A DNA stretch of 64,000 bases. Origin: Ancylonema sp. (lineage: Eukaryota). The stretch lies in the NCBI GenBank assembly GCA_050230475.1, contig JBFLGF010000015.1, positions 62,001 through 126,000 on the forward strand, read 5' to 3'. The position numbers and the translations under genes are program-made. How positions within the stretch are numbered: position 1 is the stretch's first letter; every line of letters begins with the position of its first letter. Positions 12,458-25,297 of the stretch are shown here, piece after piece. Under the pieces are notes generated by a model. The model had not been told where the DNA came from. It did no database searches and saw only the letters and a program-made list of their open reading frames with translations.

Positions 12458-15009
12458 TGAGCTACCCAGTCCAATGTGTCTACGGAACCAAGATCTATAT
12501 ATCTAGACTCTTGGGGTTTTATTACCCGCTCTGCACGTGTTCAAATGCCCCTGTACTAGAACCGCGTTTGACTTGCGTTGACTAGCGGGACTTACATCTT
12601 ACAGAACCTTTCCTCATCATGGCATCGATCCACTGTCGAACAATCGACATATCGATATACCGAACAATTTATTGTCCTTTTACAAAATAACCCCTAATAT
12701 GTCGATATTCCAAAATGTCCTTTTTCAATTACTTCCAATACACCCCCTAATTGAGAAATCTAACAAAATTCAACCCAATGATTACAAGTTCCATATCCCA
12801 AAAAGAAAGTCATCTAACCGTATTTATCAAAATTTTGTCTCTTACTCACTCTCACAAAGTTGACGTCTTTATTGTGCAGAAATAACTGATCCAATGGTTC
12901 GTTTCCTCTCTTTCTCATATCCCAATTACTTTCACCTTGACTCAAAGCACATTCTGAACTTGTTTACTCAGCCATATGTACTTCCCTTCCTTCTCATATC
13001 ATTCTCTTGACTATTCGGAATGCCATAGCGTTAATTTTGTCAAATGTTTTCTCACAGGAAACTAATCATCGATATACTGTCCATGTTCGATTATGATCTG
13101 ATTGCTGGCTCCAAAGTTTATCATCGTATTGTCAACTCCATTGTATCCAGCTAGAATGTACAAGGATTGCACTCCTTTACCTTTGATTCCCCCATCGATT
13201 GTCACCAAGTCTGCTCTCTCTATGAATGCCTTTTGTCGTCGTTGCTCACTCTCCAGCATCTTGTTCCTCCTCGTTGCATCAGCACTTCCTCGCTCCTTCT
13301 TTGAGTCTCTCCACTTTCCTTGTTTTGTTTCCAGATCTGCACCTCGTTGCCTCCGCCCTTCCTCCTCTTCCTCACTCTCGTCGACAAGGTCCGGAACCTC
13401 TTCCTCATCTTCTGGCTCGAGATTCACCGTAAACACTGACTCTGCCTCCTGATCGGTGGACTTTAGCACTTGCTTGTTTGCCAATCGTGATTATGGAATC
13501 ATTCCCCACTCTTTCGTTGAGATTTGTCAGCATCAAGACCACTCGGATGATGTTCCCCGTAATGATGCGGTCTGGTAGATCTCTTGTCATAGGCAGCGGC
13601 TCCGTGTATCCCTCTGCATATGCTCGATCGGCAATATTCCATCCCTCTCCTCCCCAACCTAAGATACATCTCTCTCCTTTCTTGCTGCAAAAGTCGTGAT
13701 GCACGTAGAGATGGTCCAGATATGATAGGATATGATATGATAGGACTCCCACTTGTGTCTCACACGGTAGTCCAGATATGAACGGAATTGATCATCCTCC
13801 GTCCCCGTGGCCACTTGGTCGTCGGGAGTCTGCACTTCTCTCAGCTCCGGGTCCCAGGGCCTGCCGAGAACCACCTTCTTGTATCTGAGTCGCCAATCTG
13901 GGGTGATGTCGCTCTCCCTTAGGCGCTGCACCGAGATTAGATTCATTGCTCCTCCCGGGATGTATATGTTAGAGTCGCATTAGCGGCGGCTTTAGCTTAT
14001 AGGAAAGCACTCATTCACAAACACAAATACAAGCTGGAAGGGTTGAAAGTGCAAGTATGATATTCAAGGAGTACATGATTTGATCAGGATGCTCAATGAG
14101 CACTCTTGATGGGTTAAAATAATAGTCTAAAACAAGGGTCGGAACTAAACTCGTTATATAGGAAAAGTGAACATACCTCGATATAAGAAAAAGCTGGAAG
14201 TTAGGGCCTAACAAAAGACTAACTGATGATGAAGTGTAATCATCAAATTAGGCCTTACCAACTAGGCAATCGGGATTACAAGCTAAGAGCTAGCTACGGG
14301 TAGGGCACACACTCTAGGGGAACCCTAGTGACAATAGAGGGAGTCCTAACAGTACCCCCCCCGCAAAGGCGCGGCGTGCCGCGTAAAGGAGGGCAAGTGC
14401 CTGGGCTCCGGGCTGGAAAAATGAGCCGAAACAGGTCGGGCTCCCGGCCAGGGAGAAATGATGGCGGGGCTCAAAAGGCGGGGAAAATAACAAGATCCGG
14501 TCGTGACCGTCAAACTTAGTTCTGAAGGGTTCGAGTTATTTATGACTGTTAAGACCAGTAATTATTATTTAAAAGTCGGTTATTAATGCGATCGTAAGTT
14601 CAAGGTTATCAATGTTCGTGTTTATTAATATCAAGGGTTACAAATGGCTGGTGCCAGATTTGAGATTGCCGGTGTAACGCGCTACAATATTTTTTGCGGC
14701 AACGAGCCGTTAGCACTAGGCGCAACCGATTTTGCCTCCCGATTTTGCTGCCGCGCCGCGCCGGTTTTGTATGGCGCAAAACTTGAACATCGACGCAAAA
14801 TAGCACTCCCCTACCGTACGCAAATCGCAGAAAACATGAGTGCAGGTCTCATGAGGTGCATTCCTCGTTAGTCCCCTATCAATCCAAGTTCCCTCTCTAT
14901 GTCAAAACAGCTTTCCTCTCCCATATCAATTCTGTGTTTGTATACATATCAGTGCAGCTTAACATGTGCACTTCTATCGTAATCAGTGCAGTCAAATAGT
15001 CAGCCCTCT

Positions 15010-15700
15010 TGCAACTACGCCTGCGAATGTTTCTATGATTTATGACTGCGAACAGCCCGCCAGCCAGCCATGCAGCCAGTCAGCTAACAAATGAAGGATT
15101 TTGCGACTGCAATTTGCGGCTTGCGACTGAGCCTGCGACTGCGCCTGCGACTGCTACTGAGATATGCGACTCCGACCAGCCAGCCAATCAGCCATCACCA
15201 GTAAGCCAACCAAGTATACAGCCAGCCAGCCAACTATTCAGCTCTCTTGCGACTGCGCGACTGCTGCTGCGAGTTACGACAGCGACCAGCCATTCGTGAC
15301 TGCGAATTGTGGCTCGCGACTGCGCTTGCGACTACTACTGCAATATGCGACTGCGACCAGCCAGCCAGCCAGCCATCCAGTCACTCAATCAGCCAGCGTT
15401 TTTTTTATTTCCGATGCATTACGCCTGGCCTCTTATGCACGAACTGTTTATAGGCGTGATGATTGCGGCAAGCCACAAATATATGAAATTTATTGAAGTT
15501 GGCCTCCATAGAATATTATTATGCATTATTTTTTTTGTCTGCGTGAATGTAGGAAATTTGTAGACTCGCAGTCATATAGCGTGCAACGTACTCACCGATT
15601 TCATTATGGGGCAACGCTTGCAGATGTATGATGTTTGATCCAGCAACCAGCCAGCCACCAAACCAGCCACCGAGTTGGCCAGCTTGCCAGTCAACCAGCA
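15010..15700. repeat. Low-complexity array of GCGACT hexamers and CCAG tetramers inside C
   Basis: For example gcgactgagcctgcgactgcgcctgcgactgctact and ccagccagccagccagcc, arranged as an imperfect ~190-bp higher-order duplication. Confidence 0.8.
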
Positions 15701-16810
15701 TACTAGTCAAAATTATTTTAGTGTAAAATAGAAAACATACAACAATACCGCAGCAAGTCATGATAAACTATTGTAGAATACATACGTAAATAATAATAGA
15801 ACGAAAATCAATATACTTTTTTTTAAATTTTATGTGGAAGGTTTCGGTTAGAGCGCCTCCAAAGACGCTGACTAACGCAATCAATTCAAAATTAAATTAG
15901 TGTGTGTGCTGTCAACTGTGTGTGCTGCAAGGAGCGTGCAGGAAGGGTCCCATTATCGTCCTCCACTCTCCTTTCGGCACATATTCGCACATCCCACAGG
16001 GATGAGGGTAGACATTTTAAATAAATAGGCATGCAAGGGTTGCAGTAGGGGGCCTAACACATGAAAGTAATCATGCTAAAAAAAGTAGGCGATTTTTTTC
16101 ATCAAGATGGTGTAAGTGCTGGCCCCCCACTTACACCACCAACCCCCAAAATACAGAAAGAATCGCACGCAAAATTTTTCAACAAAAACCCAAAAATTAG
16201 CCAATCACAGCATGACATATCAGCGCTGACATGGCATCAAAACTTATAAATATAAATAATAAAAAACGTCAAACCAGTCAGAATCAGCCAATCACAGACC
16301 CCAGAGTGACCTGACGTGGACAGAATCGTACAGAAGTACGGTCCATGCCAGATCATTTCAGCCATCTGAAAGCAATTGATGAAATTTAGGTCTCTTGGAA
16401 AGAGACCTAAATATTGAGTCCAGGGTCGTAGGGAAAAAAACGGGCTCCCGTGAAATCGGAAACTTGGAGCAAAGACCGAAAGATGGACGGCTGGATGTGG
16501 ACGATCGGAAACTAGAAGATCGCGGAGCAGCGGCAGCGGCCGTCCGATCTGGATGTGTCAAAAATAGGTGGAGGATACGATGGCTCCACGTGGTCACAAA
16601 TATATTTTAAAGCGATTGCAAACGCCGTGTTGGCAAATATGAAATCCGGGGACGGCTGATGTGCCGTCGGATGAACCGCAATGGACGGCAACGATGGATA
16701 AAATTTCTGGAAAATAAATTCGAGCGTCGAAACGGAAAGCGCCGAGTCGCCAGTTTCGAGAATGTTCCCAGGATGGCCAGGATGTAAGCCAGGGCAAGGA
16801 AAGCTTGGGA

Positions 16811-17995
16811 TTAGGCCACGTCGCCAGGGACGAACCGAAGACTGGAACCAGGGACCGGGAAACACTGCAGACTTGGCGGCTGGGGGTTCAGGGAATGGCG
16901 ACCGTGGGCCTCACGTGCGGAGCTTGTAGCTGCCGTTGGCAAAGGGATGGCGCGCAAATTGCTTGCAGGAGAGGTCGCGTAGCACGACAGGCTAGGCGGC
17001 TCTGGTAAGGAAATGGACTGGGGAGGGAAAAAGATTGTAGCTCTGCGGAAAACAGCGTGTATAAGCACGTTGCTCGGGGTTCGACTCCCCAGGGGGCTGA
17101 AAAGTGGGAAATGGGATGGGAGTTTTCTCTGAAGGGGGTCGAAAACAAGGCTTGGATGGGAAGGAACGTCAGGTGGTTTGGGAGGGCGGCGGGATGCAAG
17201 AGTTGAGGGTCGAGATGGGGCAGGACTGGGGAACACGACTTCGCTGGGCGCGCGAATGGAGATTGTTAGAGCTGGCGTCCGCACGAAGCTGACGGCGCGA
17301 GAGCTGGTTGCTCGGAAAGGTGCCGGTACCCAAATCGTGAGCTTGGGCAGGGGACCTGGGACTTTGGCAGGGGGGTTCGCAGGCTGTACAGCGATGGAAT
17401 CTGCCGATGGAGCCGGATGCTCTACTGGAGCTGGATCTGGTGCTGGAGCCGGAGCTAGGGTAGGCTCAGGAGCTTCAATAGCTGCAGGGGTAGTTGTAGC
17501 ACGAAGAAGATAAGTAAGAGTAGCATAATGGATAGGTGCCGGAGTGTTGGGGGCAGGCAGGCTGGCAGCTGGAGCAGACATAGCAGACGTAGCAGTAGCG
17601 ATGGTTGCTCAAGCAGGAGAATGTGCAGGAGTAGAAGTGTCAATGACATCCTGCAGTTTAGCGATAAGCTCTGCAGTCAGTGTAGCTGCCGCCCTACAAC
17701 CATAAGTAGGAGGAGGAGGAGTATAGACTTCTCCCCAGTTTACAGTAGAAACTGTTGGAATGAAGGTACGGACAAGCGCCAGAGCACGAGTAGGGGTAGA
17801 AACTGATGCGTTAGCACCAGCCTTGTACTGGGCTTTCAGAGCCGCAGATAACTGAGTTTTCAAAATTAGGAAGTGGTTGAGACTTGCCGGGGGACAATGT
17901 ATATCGCCATGCGAGTCTTCTATGAACTCCTCAATAGCAATGCGTCTTTGAATCAGATCTTCCCGTGGCTGCGAAAGCCAGGGATTTGCGTCCAT
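16811..17995 (-). pseudogene. Orphan ~395-codon Pro/Ala-rich reading frame of element C with one in-frame TGA (17609-17611)
   Basis: ORFs 17609..18124 and 16811..17581 are in the same frame. The ATG at 17995 (MDANPWLSQP) lies just downstream of the PBS, in the gag position. No recognisable domain. Confidence 0.5.
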
Positions 17996-18540
17996 ATTAA
18001 ACTGAATGAACCTGATGCCGAAATGGCCAGTAAATAAATGGTTAACGACTATAACCGGAAGCCGAATCGGCCATGAAGGGTCTAGGAACCCCGGAGTGAA
18101 ATTCAACTCAGAATAAATAACCAAATTGAAAACTCACCGTATCCTGATCAAAGTGTTAGAGTCGCATTAGCGGCGGCTCTAACTTATAGGAAAACACTCA
18201 TTCACAAACACAAATACAAGCTGGAAGGGTTGAAAGTGCAAGTATGATATGAAGGAGTACATGAATTGATCAGGATGCTCAATGAGCAATCGTGATGGGT
18301 TTAAATACTAGTCTAAAAATACGGTCGGACCTGAACTCGTTATAGAGGAAAACTGAACATACCTCGATATAATAAATAGCTGGAAGTTAGGGCCCAACAA
18401 AGGACTGCGTGATGATGAAGTGTAATAATCAAATTAGGCCTTAACAACTAGGCAATCGGGATAACGAGCTAAGAGCTAGCTAAGGGTAGGGCACACTCTA
18501 GGGGAACCCTAATGACAATAGAGGGAGTCCTAACAGTATA

Positions 18541-19876
18541 ACACTCCGCACAGGTGTGTAAGCATCTTGCCAAATTCACCGTCGACCTCCAACAGGATTG
18601 TTCCAATGTGCGTCACCTGGATGCCTCCACTAACGAATTGCAAGGTTATTTCTTCGTCGACGCTCTCAATAGTGTGTAACGACTAGAGGTCGCAGCAGAC
18701 GTGCTCGGAAGAGCCGGTGTCGATCATCCATTTCTTTGTCTCTCTTATCCTGAGGATCCCGGTTGGCATGATGTCTATTTCCAATGCAAATCCTTTATAC
18801 ACACTTCTGTTGTTAGTCTTTTCGAAGTGCTCCATCTCCCCTTGTCCATCTCCGCTCTGTCCACCCCCATACTGGTTCCCGCCTCGACGTTCTCGGCTGG
18901 ACTTTCGCAGCCGCGCAGCCATTGATGGCACCCCCTGCTCCTGTGCTCTGCAGACATTCTCCATGTGACCTCGTCGGCCGCAATGACTGCATCGGGTCTC
19001 CGTCGATCTGCAGTTTCGAGCGATGTGGCCAGGCTCTCCACAATTGTAACATAGTCCCGAATTCCTATTCCCGGTGTAACTGCTTCCACCGCCATCGCCC
19101 CTTGCATCGCCACTATAGCCGGTGCCTCTTTGGTTGTTGTTCCGACAAATACTGCGATCGCTTGGTGATCGCTGTACCCACATAATTTCCTCCTCTGTCA
19201 TGTGGGCCGCTCCTTCCGTCATTGATGGCGTGTCTTTCTATTACCTGAATTCTAGATCGAAGTCCCTCAACGACTGTTCAATCCGCTCCAGTGATGGCTT
19301 CGTGTCCACCAATTGAAAATTGATCATGACCTGTTTGTACTGAGGGTTGACTCGAGCGGGTATGACTTGTCTCGCGTGATCATCACCCACCGCCACCTTC
19401 TAATATACGCAAACCTGTCGAAGTGCGTTGAATCGGCTGATAGTCTCGTCCGCGGTCTCCTCAAGAATGTGAGCGAATGCCATAAAATTTTCGGTGGCTG
19501 CATCTCCCGCTGCGATCGAAATTCTCGCATATTTTTCATGGATCTTCTTCCATACTTTTACCGGGTCATCCTGCTCGACGATGTAGTTCACTGCTTGGTC
19601 GTACTGAATTGACTGCATTATCATGCTACATGCTCGCCGTTTAAATTTGTCCCACTTCTCTATCGATTTCAGAACCGCGTCGCTCTGCGCCTGGTTCGTA
19701 ATTGCCCCATCTCTCTGAATTGGCGCTCGAGGGGGACCCGGTCTTGCCTTAGTTCCCAATGACAGGTCGAGCGCCTCGAAATTATCGAGAGCTCGCTGTA
19801 TCTTCGCCTCCCAGGCCACGAAATTCCTTCTCCGTGAGTTCATAACCCGTCCGGAGTCCTCCCGCTCTGATGCCAT
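18541..19876 (-). pseudogene. Copia gag-protease of element B (continues at 13961 after insertion C)
   Basis: NFVAWEAKI gag N-terminus, knuckles CYNCGEPGHIARNC and CSHCGRRGHMENVC, protease WMIDTGSSEHVC. The post-protease motif YIPGGAMNLISV resumes at ~13961. Confidence 0.85.
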
Positions 19877-19896
19877 GTTCGGATCCAGACATCGGG

Positions 19897-20010
19897 GAGA
19901 GCCTATTCTTTGACTGACGCTATTCTTGTCAACTTATTCACCGGTTGATGCTTCTTGACAGCCTATACATCGACTGACGCTATGACAACCTATACTTCGG
20001 TTGACGCTCA
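19897..20010. repeat. Four imperfect ~28-bp tandem repeats in U5 of the B 5' LTR
   Basis: A unit like tgacagcctatacatcgactgacgcta is repeated four times. Confidence 0.65.
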
Positions 20011-20422
20011 CGAATTGCTGGTAACATTCATAAGATCAAGCAACAATATGATTGCAAATGAAGATAATGGATGAAAAGAATTACTTGGAGGTTGTCGCCA
20101 ATACAGGCTTTATCCCTCGAGTTACAAATAGATCTCGAACATTCCGACTACCGTACGATTTTCTCTACGGCGCCGCAAATGTCTAGTCATATTGCTAACT
20201 CATCTAGTCATCCCGATACCTATCCCAACCCCTATCAGTATCCTAGTCACGTCTATCGATTTACTAGAACCTTCCCTCAACTTATTTCTTACATATGAAT
20301 TATGGCATCGATCAACTGTCGAACAATCGACATATCGATATACCGAATAATTTGTTGTCCTTTTACAAAATAACCCCTAATATGTCGATATTCCAATTGT
20401 CCTTTTTCAATTTCTTCCAATA

Positions 20423-22730
20423 GAGGTGGTCAAGGAGGACGAGGTGACAGTAGTGGATCTGGAGGAAGATATTCATGCTACACATGTGGAGAAACAAGCC
20501 ACTACAGCAAAGACTGTGTAAAGAAAGAGTGCAAATACTGTGGAGCGATCGGCCATGTTGAGATCATCTGCTTTGACAAGAAGAATGAAGCTCCACGCAT
20601 GTAGAGAAAGGGAATGCACTCAGGGAAAAAATATGCTTTTGTCGGTGAAGCTGAGGTCGAAGATGATGACTACTGCGGGCATGGCGAAGCAGTCGTTGTT
20701 AAAATTTGCGAAGGGAATGTAGAAGACCATGACGATGTATAAAAATTCTTTTTCTTTGACGATGGCTCTAGTCATAATTCAAGTGGACAAAAATGCCATT
20801 TCAAGACTCTCGAGAACATTCCACATAAGGTCATCACGCATCATCTTGTCGACAGTGTTCGTGTCAAGCAATGGGGAACAGTCGAGCTCAATACAGATGG
20901 AGAATGTGGCGGAGTGACTCTCCAAAAATGTATGTACATCCCTGGCATGCGAGTAAATATGGTCAGCGGGCAAAAAGAAAGGGAAGAAGGGTGGTCGTAT
21001 ACCTGCAGTGGCAAGGCCGGGGGTATGATTTATGTCTTCAACAAATTTGGGAAGCAAGTCTCCACGTTGCAGAAGACATCGACAGGTCGCAAAACTTTGA
21101 TCCGCACTCCAATTCGACATCAAAAATATATTGAGGGGGAAGTTGTTGTAGCTGGCATCGACATCAATCGACTCCACACCAGACTAGGGAATGCGAACGA
21201 GAGGGTGCTGAAAATTTTGTTTCGAGATGAACTTGTGAGAGGACTTGAGGGAGGAATTTCAGGGGTCATGAAATTTTGTGAAGGCTGCAAGCTCGGTAAA
21301 GCTTATGACAAACGTCAACCCCATCCAGAAGCAGGAGCAGGAGAGCAAGTGTGCCTTGGAAGAGTGTCGGTGGATCTGGCAGGGCCATTCAAACGTGCAT
21401 CGATTTGGGGCGGGAACTTCAACATGGTGATCGTCGATGAGTGCAGCAGAAAATCATGGGTGGAAATCCTCCGAAACAAAGATGATACAGGTCCTCGATT
21501 CAAGAGAGACAATCTGGCAAGTCACTCAAAAATTTGCGATCAGATCGAGGTGGAGAGTTCATCGATGGTGACTTCGAAAAGTGGCTCAGAGGCAGAGGGG
21601 TTAGACATAAGACAACGCCACCAAATACACCCCAGGGGAATTCCATCTCAGAAAGAATGAATCGCACTTTGCAAGATAGAGCAAACTCGATGTTGCAACA
21701 CATGCAAGTGCCTCCTGGACTCTGGGCTGAAGCAATCTCCTTCGCATCTTACCTTCGAAATCGGTGCCAAGTCAGTGGTCTCTCCAAAACACCCGAGGAG
21801 TTGTGGTCGGGAGCTGTTCCAAGAATTGACCATCTCCGCTCGCTTGGCAACAAAAGTATACGTCAGACTTGAGACAGGAGAGGCAAGGGAAAATGGGAGC
21901 TCTGGCGTGGATGGGAGTGCTGGTCGGATGGAATTCCGATAGTCCATGTCATCGAGTGTAACCCTGTGACCCTGTGGACCCTGTGTCAAACAAAGTCCAC
22001 AATGTCGGAGCTGCACATGCAAATTTGGATGAGGAAGTGAAAGCTGGCTGGTGGCATGGCTAGATTGTTGGGAAGAAAGGAAAGTTGCATGACCCTCAGG
22101 AAGTCTCAAACATGACATGGCCAAATTTGCAAGAGGGTAGCCAGAGAGTGGGAGGGGGCAATTATGGAAGTGAGCAACGGGCTCAAGAAAACTTGCATTC
22201 TGTTGATGAACAGATCTCCGATGCTGTGGGAAATCCTTTACCCCAACTTTTGGGAGTTGGTCCTCCTCAGAATCAAGAACTTCCTGAACTTGTCAGCAAC
22301 TCTAGTGGGAGTGATGATGATCAGGATGTCTTGGAAGATGGACCTGAGTGATACCCCGACGACGCTACTCCAACTACTCTTTTTGGACCTGCTGGTGATG
22401 ACGTCAATGATAAGTCTTCCTTTCCTCGACGATGTGCCAGAGCAAACAGAGGTGCTCCTCATTTCACAGGGTCAACATGGACAAGAACAACTCTAGCATT
22501 TGTTGCTAACCTGGAAACGAAAGTAAAGACTCCAAAATCAGTGAGAGAGGCACTTGAAAGTCCAAAGAGAGTTCATTGGGAAACAACAATGATGGCATAA
22601 ATGGGCAACTTGGGAGAAAATAAAGTCTATCGATTGGTTCCTAGGCCGAAAGGAAAGGAAATTGTTAAGTCAAAATGGGTGTTCAGGGTCAAGAAGAATG
22701 CAGATGGTACTCTTGAGAAGTTCCACGCCA
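20423..22730 (+). pseudogene. Truncated copia polyprotein D (gag knuckles, PR, IN, start of RT); relative of element E
   Basis: CYTCGETSHYSKDC, FFFDDGSSH, LHTRLGNANE, CEGCKLGK, VDLAGP, RSDRGGEF, SERMNRTL, KWVFRVKKNADG. Cut on the left by the B LTR and on the right by an unrelated LTR fragment. Confidence 0.9.
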
Positions 22731-23307
22731 AACGAGCACGTTGCGAAGTCGCGTAAGCGAAGGGATGCAATATTCACAAAATTTCAAGGATTCAGATAAC
22801 ACACAAAAATATTGTAGGAAGAGATTTCTTAACAGCGCAATCTGATAGCGGAAGCTGGCAGATCTGAAAGTACAATTGACTTTTATCTCAAAGTTTGTTG
22901 CGCGGTGCTAACCGGCATAGTTAACTAGAGTTATCGAAGATAATGACAGGCTGGCTTCTAGAACATTATAATTAATATCGACGCTACAATGAAACGGCGC
23001 GAGATATTACTCTAGTTCTACGACTAGATTTAATCGCCAAGATTATCGACAAGTCGAAAGTGACTTGTGATTTAACAAAAATCGATTCGTAGCTATTTGT
23101 TGAAGACTGCTGGATTCTAGACTTCGGAAAATACGCGACGCATTATTTTCGAGTCGTACAAATTTCGTTTTTCAATATTTTTATTGAAAGTAATAATTCT
23201 AAAAAGTCGTTGTATCGAATACTCTCGTTATAGAGGAGTATTAATATAGAGGGTTTTTTTTATAAATCTGTAGGGGTTTCGCCTTAGCGATCTACAGCTT
23301 CATGACA
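22729..23307 (-). repeat. Partial LTR of the ~1-kb 'F' LTR family
   Basis: Colinear with ~52718-53300; ends gcgatctacagcttcatgaca. Confidence 0.8.
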
Positions 23308-24139
23308 ATGTTTGATGTCCTGGTGATGAAGACGATGGAATCAGGGTGAAAATCGTCTCGGAAAAATGGTTTTTGTGGTGAAAAACCTGGATCCAGTAGA
23401 TGGTGAATACACTGCTGCACACCAATATTTGTAGCAACACCGTGGTTACTTTGAAAAATCTGATGTTTGGTGAAGTTTTATTCAACTCTAGACAACATCT
23501 GCTCACAAGTTTTCAGATCAAACAAAGAATTCTGCAGCTCAATCAATAATCTCACGGGAACTACATCTGGACAGCCGTCTGACAGGTTTCAGAGTTGTCA
23601 CGTCAATGAAATAGGAAATGCTATATGTCAACGCAATCTTATTCAAATCGACTGTCCTTTGGTAGGATGATAGATAATTACAAACGACACAAGATCACGA
23701 AACGGAAAGGTGAACCAAAAAATCTGCAGAATCTGACAGCTGCGCGAAGTTGACAGTGTTCCCAAGGGTGCCTTTTGCGAGAGTTTGGAAATGGAAATGG
23801 AGCTGTTCAGCTCCTCCTTTCTCTTTCACATCAGAAATTAAATATCCGCTTACCGAGGCACGGTGTGGATCAAAACAATTTTCTGAACCTATGAAAAAAT
23901 ATATCTTTACCACTGAGGGTGTGGATCGAACGATTTGATGATCACTTATCCGTTTACCGCAATTCGGTGTGGATCGAATAGCGAGGGTACGAACCGGTAC
24001 CAGAAATTGATTCAGATGAACAAGATATCCTATAACCAGGACTTGAAAAATAGTATACACACGGTTACTGAGACGGTCAGCTAGCCAACAAAACAATCGG
24101 ATGAATCGGGAAGGGAAAAAAAAAATGACCTTCTATGCT

Positions 24140-25140
24140 TGTAGACCTCGATGAAGAGAAGCCCTTTCGCTAGTGAGTTTAGAGTAGATTGGTGTAGGTT
24201 GAGTCCCTACTGACCACACAAGAATTTTATTCAAGCACGGTTTGTGAATTATCAACGAAGTTTGCCGTAGCTACTTCTCGCCGAAAGCTAAGATGCACTC
24301 AACGCAAAATATTGGGAGGTCTTAGGACACAATACTAGGGTTAATCAAGAATCGCTAATCACAGCACTTCACAACACGCGACAACTACTAGTGATGGGAT
24401 TCAGGGCAAATAGCTGTAGAATTTATACAAAGGTTGCAAAATGATTGATGATTGGTTGCTTCAGAACACGCACACGATAAGGGTCACGATAAATCAAGCG
24501 TCACGGTGAATGAACGATTCACGAATTCAGTAACGAGTGCAGACAATTCAAAGGGTGAATTGTCTGGCTGAGATTGCACAAAAACGGAGCAGCGAATGTC
24601 AAAGGCGATGGGGCACACTTGACAACGATAGTAGACGATTCAGAATACACGAATTCACAAAAGGAGTTTGTTGAAATTCAGACAGCGACTTACAGCGGAA
24701 GCTGTTGGAAGTTGTGAGCACAAACTTTGCTCTTAAACAATCGACGCGGCTTTTTGCACGCGGAATATTCTAGATCTAAGGCTGGAAACAAATATTGACT
24801 ACACAGGTAATCTCGACTTTATATTCTGGAGTGTGACAGCTCACTAGTCAGGCTGACTGACTGAAATCAGCTCGGCGCGCACTAAGAATCTTCCAACTCG
24901 TCGAAAACACCGATAGGCTAGACTACTTGGAATTAACTTCTGAAAATTGGTACACCGACTTTCTTCTATATACTGAACACGAAACAAATACTAGTTAATT
25001 CATCCGAGATACAATTGACCACTTATAACAACAAGTTCAATTTAGCGGCTAAAATCGACAAAGTATTGGAACTCGCTATATTTTGAGGAACTCGTCACAA
25101 CAAAATTGATTATTCTCGAACGATCTCTAGCGGCATGACA
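24140..25140 (-). repeat. ~1-kb LTR (F-related 'H' subfamily)
   Basis: 24180-25075 is closely similar to 58095-59005 and the copy ends cgatctctagcggcatgaca like the F copies. The left boundary is uncertain. Confidence 0.7.
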
Positions 25141-25297
25141 GACCTGCCTGAGGGTTCGAGGGGGTTTGATTCCTCCTTAGGTCTTTTAGCCATTGTCTCT
25201 CGGATGGCGAGAATGTCGGGGTCGAGAAAGTGCGCCTCACGGGATACCAGGTAAGATGGGGTCCGGGGGGGAGATGAAAAGCGCGGCAGCTCGGAGA

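Larger units (their letters stand above)
13967..18535 (-). mobile_element. Pol-less LTR retroelement C (4.57 kb) with 5-bp TSD GTATA
   Basis: LTRs 13967-14351 and 18154-18535 (TGTTAG...CTAACA). TSD GTATA at 13962-13966 and 18536-18540. PPT GGGGGGGGTAC on - at 14352-14362. No RT, IN or RH motifs inside. Confidence 0.93.
12458..20422 (-). mobile_element. Non-autonomous copia element B (gag-PR plus degenerate 3' region), interrupted by C and abutted by A
   Basis: 5' LTR 19876-20422 with PBS TGGCATCAGAGC (19875-19864). 3' LTR end at 12740 followed by PPT caccccct. ~12604-12740 matches ~20266-20422. Confidence 0.8.
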
